From: Eledone cirrhosa
Taxonomy: Eukaryota
Direction of reading: 5' to 3'
Length of the DNA stretch: 64,000 bases
Assembly (NCBI GenBank): GCA_964016885.1
Contig: OZ024740.1
Coordinates: 37,386,001-37,450,000, forward strand
Position numbers and translations under genes: made by a program. This document shows positions 41,201 through 53,680 of this stretch, in pieces. Position 1 is the first letter of the stretch; each line of letters begins with the position of its first letter. The notes beneath the pieces were generated by a model. The model was not told where the DNA came from. It did not search any database and saw nothing but the letters and a program-made list of their open reading frames with translations.

Positions 41201-42476
41201 CAGGTGAGTGAGGTGACAGTAGTAGTTGGACAGGTGAGTGAGGTGACAGTAGTAATTGGACAGGTGAGTGAGGTGACAGTAGTAATTGGACAGGTGAGTG
41301 AGGTGACAGAAGTAGTTGGACAGGTGAGTGAGGTGACAGTAGTAATTAGACAGGTGAGTGAGATGACAGAAGTAGTTGGACAGGTGAGTGAGGTGACAGA
41401 AGTAATTGGACAGGTGAGTGAGGTGACAGAAGTAGTTGGACAGGTGAGTGAGGTGACAGAAGTAATTAGACAGGTGAGTGAGGTGACAGAAGTAGTTGGA
41501 CAGGTGAGTGAGGTGACAGTAGTAATTAGACAGGTGAGTGAGGTGACAGTAGTAATTAGACAGGTGTGTGAGGTGACAGTAGTAATTAGACAGGTGTGTG
41601 AGGTGACAGTAGTAATTGGACAGGTGAGTGAGGTGACAGTAGTAGTTGGACAGGTGAGTGAGGTGACAGTAGTAGTTGGACAGGTGAGAGAGGTGACAGT
41701 AGTAATTAGACAGGTGTGTGAGGTGACAGTAGTAATTGGACAGGTGAGTGAGGTGACAGTAGTAGTTGGACAGGTGAGTGAGGTGACAGTAGTAGTTGGA
41801 CAGGTGAGAGAGGTGACAGTAGTAATTAGACAGGTGTGTGAGGTGACAGTAGTAATTGGACAGGTGAGTGAGGTGACAGTAGTAGTTGGACAGGTGAGTG
41901 AGGTGACAGTAGTAGTTGGACAGGTGAGTGAGGTGACAGTAGTAGTTGGACAGGTGAGAGAGGTGACAGTAGTAATTAGACAGGTGAGTGAGGTGACAGT
42001 AGTAATTAGACAGGTGTGTGAGGTGACAGTAGTAATTAGACAGGTGTGTGAGGTGACAGTAGTAATTGGACAGGTGAGTGAGGTGACAGTAGTAGTTGGA
42101 CAGGTGAGTGAGGTGACAGTAGTAGTTGGACAGGTGAGAGAGGTGACAGTAGTAATTAGACAGGTGTGTGAGGTGACAGTAGTAATTGGACAGGTGAGTG
42201 AGGTGACAGTAGTAGTTGGACAGGTGAGTGAGGTGACAGTAGTAGTTGGACAGGTGAGTGAGGTGACAGTAGTAGTTGGACAGGTGAGAGAGGTGACAGT
42301 AGTAATTAGACAGGTGAGTGAGGTGACAGTAGTAATTAGACAGGTGTGTGAGGTGACAGTAGTAATTGGACAGGTGAGTGAGGTGACAGTAGTAGTTGGA
42401 CAGGTGAGTGAGGTGACAGTAGTAGTTGGACAGGTGAGAGAGGTGACAGTAGTAGTTGGACAGGTGAGAGATGACA
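35285..42476. repeat. 30-bp minisatellite array, about 240 copies
   Basis: Unit acaggtgagtgaggtgacag(t/a)agta(a/g)tt(g/a)g, with occasional 27- or 28-bp units. Confidence 0.98.
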
Positions 42477-42712
42477 GGAGTTGTTGCACACACAAATATA
42501 TCTCCTCATTTACAAGGATAATTTGAATGTTTATAGGTTTCTGTGTATAGTAAGTATATATATACATATATGGTTACACTGAAAGTATATATATATATAT
42601 ATATTATACATAATAAAATTTGTCAAATATACATAACATCTCAATAAAAACTGATAACTAAAACAAATATCATTCAGAGAAGCAAATACATATACAACAT
42701 CTTATACAAAAA

Positions 42713-43016
42713 ACTTTGCCTTTCATCCTTACGGGGTCGATAAAATAAAGTACCAGTAATACACTGGGTAATTGTTGGCCTTGTTCCAAAAGTAGAAACA
42801 ATTATTACTTTATTTAGGGCAGTGGATTGGCAGTATCAGTAGAGGGTTGGACACCATGCTTTGCAGCAAAGAGTTACGGCCCTTTATGGTCTGAGTTCAA
42901 ATCCCGCCAAGGTTAACTTTGCCTTTCATCCTTACGGGTTTGATAAAATAAAGTACCAGTAATACACTGGATAATTGCTGGCCTTGTGCCAAAAGTAGAA
43001 ACAATTATTACTTTAT
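42713..43016 (+). mobile_element. Meta-like SINE: 5'-truncated copy directly followed by a full copy
   Basis: aactttgcctttcatccttacggg...agtagaaacaattattactttattt occurs twice; the tRNA head starts at about 42817. Confidence 0.9.
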
Positions 43017-43401
43017 TTGGATCTACTCCTCAATGATTTTGTATAAGATGTTCTATATGTGTATGTATATATATATATATGTGTGCGTGTGTGTGTGTGA
43101 TCTTTTAAATATATGGTTACACTGAAATACCACAAAAATCTGTTCTATCTTCTAAACACATCAGTGAATTAATAGTCTTAATTTTTTTTTTTATTTTAAA
43201 GAATTCTTTGGTAAATTCCTAAATAACTTATATTAAATTTTTTTTTTATATTAGTTCAAAGGTTCTCTGATATTCCTAGCAGATTGTATTAGTAATTTTG
43301 TTTTATTCATACTTTACCTGTAGCAAATGGCAATGAAGAAATGTTTCACTTTTTAATTTACTCTATTTAAATTGATTTTCCACATGTTTCTTTACCCTAT
43401 T

Positions 43402-43613
43402 TAACCCATCATTTAAACCAGCAAAATCTGGCCAGAATTCTCTCACCTCCTTCTATTCAAACTGGCTGTAGCCAGCCACTCATACTTATGTTAAGGTATT
43501 GTTCTCAAAATAAATAACATTAAAATCTCATAGATTCGATATTATGTGAGGTAAAGTCTTTACAGTGAAAATATAATAGTAAATATAGAGTAATATAAAT
43601 GCTAAAGGGTTAA
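43402..43613. mobile_element. piggyBac-like MITE (copy 1)
   Basis: TTAA|CCC...catttaaa ... taaatgctaaaGGG|TTAA; homologous to 47436-47664. Confidence 0.75.
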
Positions 43614-44899
43614 ATCAAATTTCCACATGTTTTCTTTAAAATAACTTTAATAATCATAATTATGTTGATATATGACTTTTGTGTGACCCATTGTATTTAT
43701 TTGTAGCAATAATTGTGAATTGGTTGCAATTGTTAAGTACAAAACCTATAATAAATATTCCTTGTATTCAATAAAACTGTGTTGTTTTTCTCAGTGACAT
43801 TGTTTTATTCTTTGATGGATATTATAAAAAATAACCTTACACTTTACACCTAAATCATGTTCATACATCTCAGCATTTTTCTATATCTTCATAAAAAGAG
43901 CACCTCTACGATGGTGGGTTTGCTAGGTATATCCTGCACACACACCAGTGATGTTAAATTCATCTTAAATATCAGCCTCAATCAGTAATATTATAGGAAA
44001 CTAATGTTTCTGATCCCTGTTACGAAATATTGTGTCAGTTAGTTGTATGAAGATATAGCAGGTGACATATGGCACATTAATGAGATAGTGACAAAAATAT
44101 GGACCAAAGGGTAAATAATGAGTATTTCACCAGCACTTATCTTCTCTTTCTTTTCATTGAGAAGTTCTTTTTATAGATTTGTTGAAACCTCATTAACTGG
44201 AACTTATTTATTTTTGTTTCTATTGTAATTCAGTTCTTGCAATATTATGATATAATCTGTTTTCAAATCTAATAATATAAACTGAGAAACAAAGATTAAA
44301 AAAGGTCGAAGTCTGGGTCTTTTGAGAAAGAATATCAGCTGCTGTTTACTGTAGCTGATAGGAACATTTTAACCTTGAAACTTCTGTCGTAACATGTTTA
44401 CTCAGTTTCATGCATTTTCTACAATATATTTGCCAGAATTTAGCATTGATCTTACTTATGTGACTTTTTTTTTTTTTTTTTTTTTTTGAAAACATGTTTT
44501 TTATTACTCTAATTTGTGTTAATATGTTTGTGGCAGATTCCTCATGCAGCAGGAAATGGTTTAGAGTTTCACTGGTTTTATTTGACTCAATCACAAAGCA
44601 ATAGTCTGGCAGCCAATTTCTCTCTCTCTCTGTCTATGATATATATATATATACACATACACACAGAAAGAGAGAGAGAGAGAACTTAAGCTAGTTTTCT
44701 CTCTTTTCAAGTGCTCTAAAATATTAGCCATGTTTAAATATTTCACAATGGTAAATAGTATTAAAGATACACTAGAAATCAAAAATAAGGAAATCTTGGG
44801 AAAAAAATCATTAATGCAGAACAACTTTTAAGTCATGATGAGCCCAGTTCTTCATCCAATAGACGACAACAACCATTTTTAGGACCATCTTCTCTGCTA

Positions 44900-45640
44900 A
44901 GTATGAAGGATGAAAGACAGGAACAGTGATGAATTTGAAATGAACATTGGAGTGCATCAAGGATCAGTATTAAGCCCACTATTATTTATAGTTGTGATGG
45001 TTCTACTGGGCCAAAATGTCAAGAAGGGTTTGCCGTGGATGACCTGGCCAAAATGTCAAGAAGGGTTTGCCATGGATGTTGCTGTACATAGATGACCTGG
45101 TGTTAATAGCAGAGAATATGGATTGACTGAGAGAGAAGATTATGTGGAAGAAATGTATGGAGGTGAGGCGAATGGTGTCAGGGAAACTGAAAGGAAAGGT
45201 GTGTGCTGTATATGTGAGAAGGGCCATGATTTATGGGAATAAGACATGTTGATGAACATAAAGCTACAGAGAAGGCTGGAAAGGACAGAAATGAGAATGG
45301 TCTGGTGAATGAGTGGAGTATTAAGAGAGAGGAAGATGAACAATGAATTGCAGAGAATGATAAGAATACAGCCAGCGATGAATGTTGTGGAGAGAAATGG
45401 AATGAGATGTTTGGGTCATGTGTTAAGGAAGGATGAAAGTGACTGGGTAGGAGGAGTGAGGGAAATAAATGTGGAAGAAATTAGAGGCAGAGGAAGACCA
45501 AGAAAGACATGGCTAAAAATGGAGGAGGAAATGAAAACCAGGGGGCTGGTGTGGGTGGATTCAGACATTAAGGGAAAAGGAAGAAACTTGCCATGAAGCC
45601 CATAAAACTAATCCCTTCTTTAGCACGAAACATGGCCTTA
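44900..45640 (+). mobile_element. Degraded RTE LINE fragment (RT to C-terminus)
   Basis: GVHQGSVLSPLLFIVVM, LLYIDDLVLIAE and GRGRPRKTW, with an about 35-bp tandem duplication near 45006-45078. Confidence 0.85.
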
Positions 45641-45898
45641 AAACACTTGTTTCTGTTGTTCTATGTGCACAGTTTATATATATCAGGAAATTTCTGAGTG
45701 AAGGAAATGCAAAACATTTGATTCATTTTTTATTGTCTGCAATTTAGATTATTGCAATGCTGCTCTGACTAAAATCAACAAAACACAATTGAAAAAACTC
45801 CAAATCATTCAAAATATTTGTTAAACGATGTTAGACCATCATTAATTGAACTTCACTGACTACCTATCTATTTTTGAATAAAATTCAAAATATGTTCT

Positions 45899-46086
45899 AT
45901 GGATTGGCAGTATCGGTAGAGGGTCGGACGCCATGCTTTGCAGCAAATAGTTACGGCCCTTTATGGTCTGAGTTCAAATTCTACCGAGGTTAACTTTGCC
46001 TTTCATCCTTACGGGGTCGATAAAATAAAGTACCAGTAATACACTGGGGTAATTGCTGGCCTTGTGCCAAAAGTAGAAACAATTAT
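45899..46086 (+). mobile_element. Meta-like SINE
   Basis: Same family as the copies at 42817 and 16482. Confidence 0.88.
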
Positions 46087-46544
46087 ATAAAATATTTGAT
46101 GAACCTATTAAGTTTAACTCCAACAACCCTTACACCATATAATATCATATCCGACTCAACAATCATTTAATGGAACTTTTATTTGTATCTCACCATGTTT
46201 CTGCAATTTTGTGTCATTGGTAGGGGCGAGAGGTGTAGAGCTAACTATAAGCTGGAGTAAACTGTGACACAGGGGGGAGGTGTAGAGCTTACGTTGTATA
46301 TAATAATGTTGTATATTGACCATCAAAAGTTTATAAACAGTTATATTTTGACTATCAAGAGTTTATAAACAAGTAGTTATATTTTGACAAAGAGAAATGT
46401 AATTATTTGATACTAGTCATATAATAAAAGAAGTAAATGATATCTTTCTGTGGCTACTTATCTCTATAATTATATTGCAGAAATAAATTTTCTTTGTTAC
46501 AGATTTGAAGAGAGATAGTAGCTAACCATTGTGTGTGTACTAAA

Positions 46545-46705
46545 TACACTAGCTCCTTCTCCCATTACATATACTGTACTTCATTCACTTGCTCCTTCTC
46601 TCATCACCTATACTGTACTTCATTCACTTGCTCCTTCTCTCATCATCTATACTGTACTTCATTCATTTGCTCCTTCTCTCACAACCTTTACTGTTCTTCA
46701 TTCAC
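46545..46705. repeat. 39-bp tandem repeat, about 4 copies
   Basis: Unit gctccttctctcatcacctatactgtacttcattcactt. Confidence 0.9.
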
Positions 46706-46729
46706 CAGGAACTTAGTTCAATTTTTCAT

Positions 46730-47260
46730 CTTGAGAACCCCCATCCTTTCCATGTACCCTCCCTGTCCATATTCCCACTCAAACTTCAGGAATGGCTCTT
46801 CCAGCACATCTCCCTTACCATCCTCCAGGAAAACACCTTCTCCATTCTGTCCGCCAGAGCTGTGGGGAAGCCAGCATGTGGGAACCCATTTGCTCACCAT
46901 ACAGAGAGATGGAGGCGATGACAGTTGGAGTTCGGCCCTTCCACATTCAGACCATATATAGAGTGAAATTGTGGCAATGTGATTGGTCAGAGGCCTTCCT
47001 AAATAATTCATCGAAGCATATCCAAAATATTCAACAATTTAGTGAAAGAGTCAAACAATTAAATTACCTGAAGAAGTACAAACTTTCTGATAGGTTTGTG
47101 TTTGAACCTATGGCAGTGGAGACTTCCAGCGTTCTTGGCTCCCGGACCACATCTCTACTCACTGCTATTGAGATAGAGTGGTTGTTCCACTGCATCTCTC
47201 TTGCCATCCTCTAGGGCAATGTCTTTTCTATCTTGTCTGCCAGGAACCATGAGGCAGACT
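46730..47260 (+). mobile_element. Composite of a GC-rich dispersed repeat and a CRE-like RLE C-terminal fragment
   Basis: KKYKLSDRFVFEPMAVETSSVLG...EWLFHCISLAIL*GNVFSILSA resembles RLE-element C-termini (FxPxAxETxG...LFQRISxAIxRGN). Confidence 0.6.
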
Positions 47261-47435
47261 AACCCTTAAACAGTCAGTAGTAAATACAGATCTCAAACAC
47301 ACAACACAGTAAACAGTTATAAAATTAAAATAGCAGAAATTATTTCTGTAGTATATACTGTGTTAACCTTACTGAACTAATCTTATTAATTTCAACCAAC
47401 ATTGGCTATGGGTCTATCAAACAAAGTCAACCATT

Positions 47436-47664
47436 TTAACCCTCTAGCATTTAAACTGACCATATCCGGCCAGAATTATCTCACCTCTTTCTGTTAAAAC
47501 TGGCTGTAACTGGCCACTCATACTGATGTTAAGGTATTGTTCTCAAAATTTATAATATCGGAATCTCAAAGATTCGATATTATGTGAGATAATTATGTAA
47601 GATAAAGCCTTTACCATGAAAATACAATAGTATATATAGAGTAATGTAAATGCTAAAGGGTTAA
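47436..47664. mobile_element. piggyBac-like MITE (copy 2)
   Basis: TTAA|ccctctagcattta ... taaatgctaaaggg|TTAA; about 14-bp TIRs and a TTAA TSD. Confidence 0.85.
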
Positions 47665-47769
47665 ATGGGTGCCTATTTAAATTAAAATCTTGCAATATCA
47701 TTTTATAATAATAATAATGAAAATATTGTGTACAGTGCTCAGGTGCACTACAACTCATCAAAAGTGTAT

Positions 47770-50495
47770 GTATAGTACATAGGATAATGTACGAACGTCA
47801 GGAAAATGAACAGAGCATGAGTCATGATATACACATATGTGCATGTGTATGGAAGGAGGACATCAGATGTAGTTTTGGCGAATTTCGGGAAGCATGAGTG
47901 TCTTAAAGGATGCAGTGTCTCGGCAGCTAACAACTGACGCAGGCAGTTTGTTCCATGCTTCAGCAACTCTAAGCGTAAAAAAATGTTTCTGAAAGTCATG
48001 GGAGCTGTGCTGTTTTCTGACTTTGTAGGCATGTCCACGTGTGTTAGACACATGGAGATCAAAAAGGTGCTCAGGGTTATTGTTGCTGAGATGGTTAATA
48101 AATTTGTGGATGTTTACCAAATCCATTGCCAGGGAAGCAAGGCATTCCGAGTATGGTAGGTGTCTGATGGAGGGTATGCGCTTGGTTGCACGTCTCTGAA
48201 CAGTTTTCAGGAGGTCAAGCAAGATAGGGGTTCCAGACTGATGATGCGAATTCCAAGTGTGGTCGTACCATAGCTGTATACAGCTTTAAATAGATGGCTG
48301 GAGAGCGGCTAACAAAGATCTTGCTGAGTGATGCCAAGGCACCCTCGGCCTTCTTGATATCAGTGTTGTAGAGGGAGTATTTTGACACTGGATTTTTCCT
48401 CCCAAAATGCATGGTGGTACACTTGTCCACAGCCAGCTTCAGTTGCCAGTCTGTGATCCATTGCTGCATTGTGTCCAAGTCTGATTGTAAGAAAGAGTTA
48501 TAGATTTCAGAACCTGTCCTTTTGATTTCAAGGTACAGTTTGATGTCATCTGGATATTTCAGTACTGTAGCATTCTTTAAGTTGGCATCTATATCATTAA
48601 TGTTTGCAACAAACAAAAGGGGACCAACAACAGATCCCTGTGGTTCACCAGATGACATCTCATATGGTGAAGAATGCTGTCCTAGAACCGTGTCTTCCTC
48701 TTTTCAGCTGAGAATGAAGGATTTCAACCAGATAAAAAGATCATCCTTCACACCCATTGCAGAGAGTTTCGCCATAAGTCTTTTGTGTGGCACAGAATTA
48801 AAAGCCTTAGCGAAGTCAAGGTAAACAACATCCACCCATGAGCCGCTGTCGGTGATCCGGGTAATGTATTCAAGGAACTCGATAAGCTGATCACAGCAGC
48901 TGGAGTTAGGGATAAATCCAAATTGCGAGGGCCGGATGAGGCTGTGAGAGCTCCAGAAGTTCCAAAGTGTTTCTCTGACACAGGATTCCATCAGTTTGGC
49001 AATACAGCTAGTAAGACTGACTGGACGATAGTTGACAGGTGACGTGCGGTTGCCCTTTTTGAACAGGGGAATGACGCTGGCAGTTTTCCACTGCTTCGGA
49101 GTAGCACCATTGTTGAGACAGTATTGAAAGAAGAAAGAAAGCGGGTGCAAAAGGAAGTACCCGCTATGTTTGAGAAGCAGGTATGTAACACCATCAAGAC
49201 CAAGGGAGGCATAGTTGCACTTATTCTTAAGGTGACGTCGCAGCATTGCAGGTGTAAATTCCATAGTTGTTATGGAATTTGATGTTAGAGATGGTGGAGA
49301 TGGTACATTCTGATTTTCAACAGTAAAAATGCTTGCATAGCACTCAGCAATGAGTTCTGTGCATTCTTTGAGATTGTCAGTGATCTGGCTTGTGTGGGGA
49401 TTGCAAAGAGGACAAACTGGAGAGTGAGGTCTCTGCACATATTTCCAGAACACCTTACTGTCAGGATTGGTTGCTATGCATTGTTCAAATTCAAGTACTG
49501 CTTTTTTGTCACTTGCTTGAGATGGTTGGAAGATTTATTCCGTTTTTTTCTGTTGGCATCTGATTTATGCAGTTTATATTCCCGTTCAGCGTTCCGACGT
49601 TCTTTCCTGGCAAGTCGGACCGCAGAAGTTTCCCAAATTGCACTTTTGGGGTGGTTTTTTTTCTACTTACGTGGCACTGATGCTGCACACGCTATCCATA
49701 TTGAGTCCAGGATGTCTGGAGTATAGTGTTCACATCTCCAGAGTAATAGAACTCATGCCAGTTTGGGCGTTGTAGTTCAGTGCAGTACAAGTTCCAATCT
49801 GCTTTCTTCCAATCAAAGTAAGCAGATTGGCGATGGTTCTGGTTTTTGTTGCTGCTCGCAAGAGCCAGATTGGCAATGATCATAGCATGATCAGAGTCGC
49901 CTAGAGGTTCCTCAGTAGTACAACTGATAACCACTTCAGGAGTAGTGGTGAAGATCAGGTCCAAAGTGTTGTCACCTCTTGTTGGAGAGGTGACTACTTG
50001 TGACCAGTTTGAGTCCAGCACTAGCTCAAGGAAATCGTTTGCACTTTGTGCCCAACGAAAGGTTTCCCAATCGATCTCAGGATGATTGAAGTCACCTGCA
50101 ATAAACACATAAGTGGCTGTTTTCCTGGCAACAGCTCTGAGGATATCGCAAAGCTGTGTGTCCTGATGGTAGTTTGGGGAGCGATAAACAACACCAAGCA
50201 GAAGTGTTGACATGGTCAAACGTATGTCACAGAAAAAAACTTCTTGTGATTCATTCAAATCAACTCAAGGAATTACCGAAAAATTTGAACGAATGTAGAC
50301 CATCACACCACCACCACGGCGATTAATGCGGTCCTTGCAGAACAGGTTGTACCCAGTAATGAAAACCCCGTCATAGAGTATGGAATGTGCCCATGTTTCC
50401 GTGACTGTGATGAAATCAGGGCCGATGCTTCTGACGTAGGAGTTAAACAGATGTATCTTGTTGCATAAACTGCGAGCATTTAAGGACAACAATTT
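47770..50495 (-). mobile_element. CR1-clade LINE, near-complete ORF2 (APE endonuclease + RT), disrupted
   Basis: EN motifs: SLNARSL, VTETW, RRGGGV, AGDFNHP, LDLIFT, SDH. RT motifs: NYRPVSLTS, YLDFAKAFNSV, PQGSVVGPLLF, YPDD. C-terminal motifs: VQRRATK, TRGH, FFTLRV..WN.LP. It is split over at least 5 ORFs. Confidence 0.95.
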
Positions 50496-51174
50496 GTACC
50501 CTGCTTGTAGTTATCTAAGAACCATATGTTTTAATAATGAAATAATTAATAATTTTAGTAAATGGCTGAAAAGTATTCATTAATTAATTAAAATAGAGTA
50601 CATTCAATAAGAAAAGGTTAATATTGAGAGACCATGTGAGCTACATGCAATATTTCCCTTTATGAAACCTAATTAACAAAAAATGAATTAATTAGTTCAT
50701 TATACATTCATTGAATATGAATAAATGAATTTAGGAAATAAATATAAAAAATGTGTATTTACAGTAGCTACCCTCAAGGTAATGGAAACTAAGTCACTTG
50801 TCAGCTGGCTGTTCTATTTATTTAATAGTATATGTAACCTTTCCAGCAGCATTGCGTTTTTTTCTTTCCTTTCTTATACAGTGCATGTTCACAACTAGTG
50901 CCTCTTGTTTTTCACATATATAAAAATGAATATCAATCCAAATTCAAACTGGATGTACTCATTCCTCTCTCTCTCTCTACCACACATCCTCTATACCCAC
51001 CCCTCCTCTCTCATTATGTCTTAGTTAAACTGAAGAAAAACCACTCTATATGTACTTTACAGTATTCTTCACTGGTTATCGTTATTATAGTTATCACATC
51101 TGCACTCTTAAAGGTAAACGTGTTCTAGTGGCACATGTTATCTACTGCCACAGCACACATAAATTAGGAAAACG

Positions 51175-51455
51175 TGGATTGTGGTGTTGGTGACATTAGT
51201 GGTGGTGGTGGTGCTGGTGCCAGTGATGGGGATAAGGGTGGTGGTGACAGTGATGGGGATAAGGGTGGTGATGGTGACAGTGATGATGATAGAGGTGGCA
51301 GTGATGGTGATAGGGGTGGTGGTTGTGGTGATGCTGGTGGCAGTGGATGGTGACAGAGGTGGTGGTGTTGGCAGTAGTAGTGGTAGTAGCAGTGCTGGTA
51401 ATAACAAGTATTGGTATAATGATGGTGTTGTAACCATTGTGATATGGTGGTGCTG
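51175..51455. repeat. Degenerate (GGT/GAT)n trinucleotide low-complexity tract
   Basis: Directly visible; a similar tract lies at 31700-31950. Confidence 0.85.
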
Positions 51456-51496
51456 ACTTATTTTAAACAGTTTTTCGTTAGTTTGAGCATAATATT

Positions 51497-52060
51497 ATCA
51501 TCATCATCATCATCATCATCAACGTTTAACGTCCGTGTTCCACGCTTGCATGGGTTTGGACGGGGGTATTCCCACTTGAGGCAAGAGTGATTGTCTTGCT
51601 CGCATAGGACTGTCTGGCAGGTTTTCTACAGTTGGATGCCCTTCCTAACACCAACCACATTTACAGTGTGGGTCTGGGAGGTTTTTACCGTGTTGCCTAC
51701 ACGGCCACATTACAGCGTGGACTGTGTGTTTTTTTGTCGTGACACCTACACGATCTCATTTGTTTCGGCCTGGATGTTGTGGCACCAACATAACTTTACA
51801 TAGGAGGGGGTGGTGTGGATGGGGGTGTGGGTGGTGGGACGGGGGTGTATTTTGTTAGAGATGCCTACTGACTGTAGTAGGTTTTACTATGTATTTAGGT
51901 AAGGCGGGTCTTCTCTATTACTGAGTACCGCCAAAGGTCTCGGTCCAGTGACATTGTCTTGGAGAGGTGTAAGTGTGTGAGGTCGGAGTTTATCAGCTCG
52001 TCCCAGGATTTTCTAGGTCTGCCGTGGCTACCGTCTATCTTTATTGCCCTGCACTTTGTT
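51497..52060 (-). mobile_element. RTE LINE 3' end, close homologue of 9871-10545
   Basis: Reverse complement aligns along the whole length, apart from lacking the internal duplication. Confidence 0.88.
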
Positions 52061-52309
52061 ATACTTATATGAATACCAATTATTTATGTACTCTTGCTAC
52101 ATTGGTAATACATTGTTCACAGTTATATTTATTCAAATGAAACAATGGCTTAAATACTTCATTCTTTCTTCTTATTTACTGCTGTCATGGCTGCTTTCTA
52201 TTATTCTAATTAATAAAACAAATACTAGCTATTAATTAAATAGACTCAGCAATTAGCATTGCACTGAATCAAAACAAACCAACTTTTGTTTTACTCCCTA
52301 CTGTTTTAT

Positions 52310-52675
52310 AGCCCCAGATCAGCCCTAATCTAATCACAGATCAGTACTGATCCATCCTCAGACGAGCCCTGATGAAGCCCCAGATCAATGATCCAGCCTC
52401 AGATGAGCCCTGATGAAGCCACTGATCAACTCTGATCCATTTCTAGATCAGCTTTGATCCAGCCACAGATCAGCTCTGATTCATCATTGATCCAACCACA
52501 GATCAACCCTGATCCAACCACAGATCAGCCTTGATCCACCTACTGATCAGCTTTGATCCATCATTGATCCACTCACATATCAACCCTTATGCAACCACAG
52601 ATCAGCCCAAGATCAACTCTGATCCAGTCACAAATCAGCCTTGATCCAGATGCAGATCAACCCTGATCCAACTCA
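52310..52675. repeat. Degenerate ~22-bp GATC-rich minisatellite
   Basis: Unit approximately cacagatcagccctgatccaac. Confidence 0.85.
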
Positions 52676-52959
52676 TCTATAATCTATGATAACCTCATCT
52701 TTTCACATGATCTGGACTACATTGTCCAAAGTATCCTTCTATATCTAGTAGGTTGAGTAACTGCATAGAGGTTTCCATAATAGCTTCAACATTTCCATGT
52801 TACATGCTTCTAAAATGTACAGAAATAAATTTTCTTTGTTGTTGTTAGTGGTGGTGGTGGTGGTGGTGGTAGTGGTGGTGGTGGTGGTGGTGGTGGTGTT
52901 AGTACAAACATATTTACTTTTCATATTAATTTCTATTGTAATATTACCATCATAATCAT

Positions 52960-53450
52960 CATTGTCATCATCCTCTTTACATTCCTGTTTTCCATGCTTG
53001 AATGAGTTAAACAAGACATCTTTAATACAACATCCCTCTACATGTCATTTTACTTTTGAGGTTCATCTTGAGGTCAGTTTTCAGCACTTCTATCTAGGTT
53101 TGGGGGGGGGGGGTTGCTCTTCTGAGGCTACCTTCTACTTGTACTTCTTCACCCAACAGTCATCAGCCATATACATCACCTGTATATATCAGCCAGCACA
53201 ATCTCCTCCCTTGCACACTACCTCATCATTTATATATATACTAGTTTCACACCTCTTGCGAAACATACTAGCATCATTTCTATCTAGTTTTGACAAATCT
53301 TCCACAGTCAATGCCCATGGCTCACTAGCATGCTGGATTGGTATTGTATAACCTACCTTTCAGTCAAAGAAAGAAACCTTCTATTGTAGTGGCTCCCTAA
53401 ACTTTTCCGTCCTCTTCTTATTTTGGTTACATTCAAAGCATTCTCCTCCA
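52960..53450 (-). mobile_element. Highly degraded RTE 3' fragment
   Basis: Minus strand HASEPWALTVEDLSKLDRNDASM, plus the tail gcatggaaaacaggaatgtaaagaggatgatga. Confidence 0.65.
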
Positions 53451-53483
53451 CTAGTAAGTATTTAAAAAAAGCTCTATACTATT

Positions 53484-53680
53484 AGCAGTGGATTTGCAGT
53501 ATCAGTAGAAGGTTGGACGCCATGCTGTGCAGCATAGAGTTACAGCCCTTTACAGTACGAGTTCAAATCCCGCCCAGGTTAACTTTGCCTTTCATCCTTA
53601 CATGGTCAATAAAATAAAGTACCAGTAATGTACTGGTAAATTGCTGGCCTTGTGCCAAAAGTAGAAACAATTATTATTAT
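53484..53680 (+). mobile_element. Meta-like SINE
   Basis: Same family as the copy at 45899. Confidence 0.85.

Noticed and set aside
35312-42567. Long ORFs (up to 915 aa; QVSEVTVVIG, TTTVTSLTCP, LTHLSNYYCH repeats) as real proteins
   Set aside because: Three frames on both strands are open simply because the 30-bp unit lacks stops. 28-bp units break the frames repeatedly and there is no unique coding flank.
47770-50495. Active autonomous LINE
   Set aside because: Multiple frameshifts, an internal deletion, YPDD in place of the usual (Y/F)ADD, and no ORF1 or 5'UTR.
51138-51456. Thr-rich or Val-rich ORFs (also 31763-32198) as mucin or membrane proteins
   Set aside because: They are degenerate trinucleotide low-complexity tracts with no exon evidence.
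52365-52420. CTGATGA motifs as hammerheads
   Set aside because: They are part of a GATC-rich minisatellite, with no GAAA or stems.
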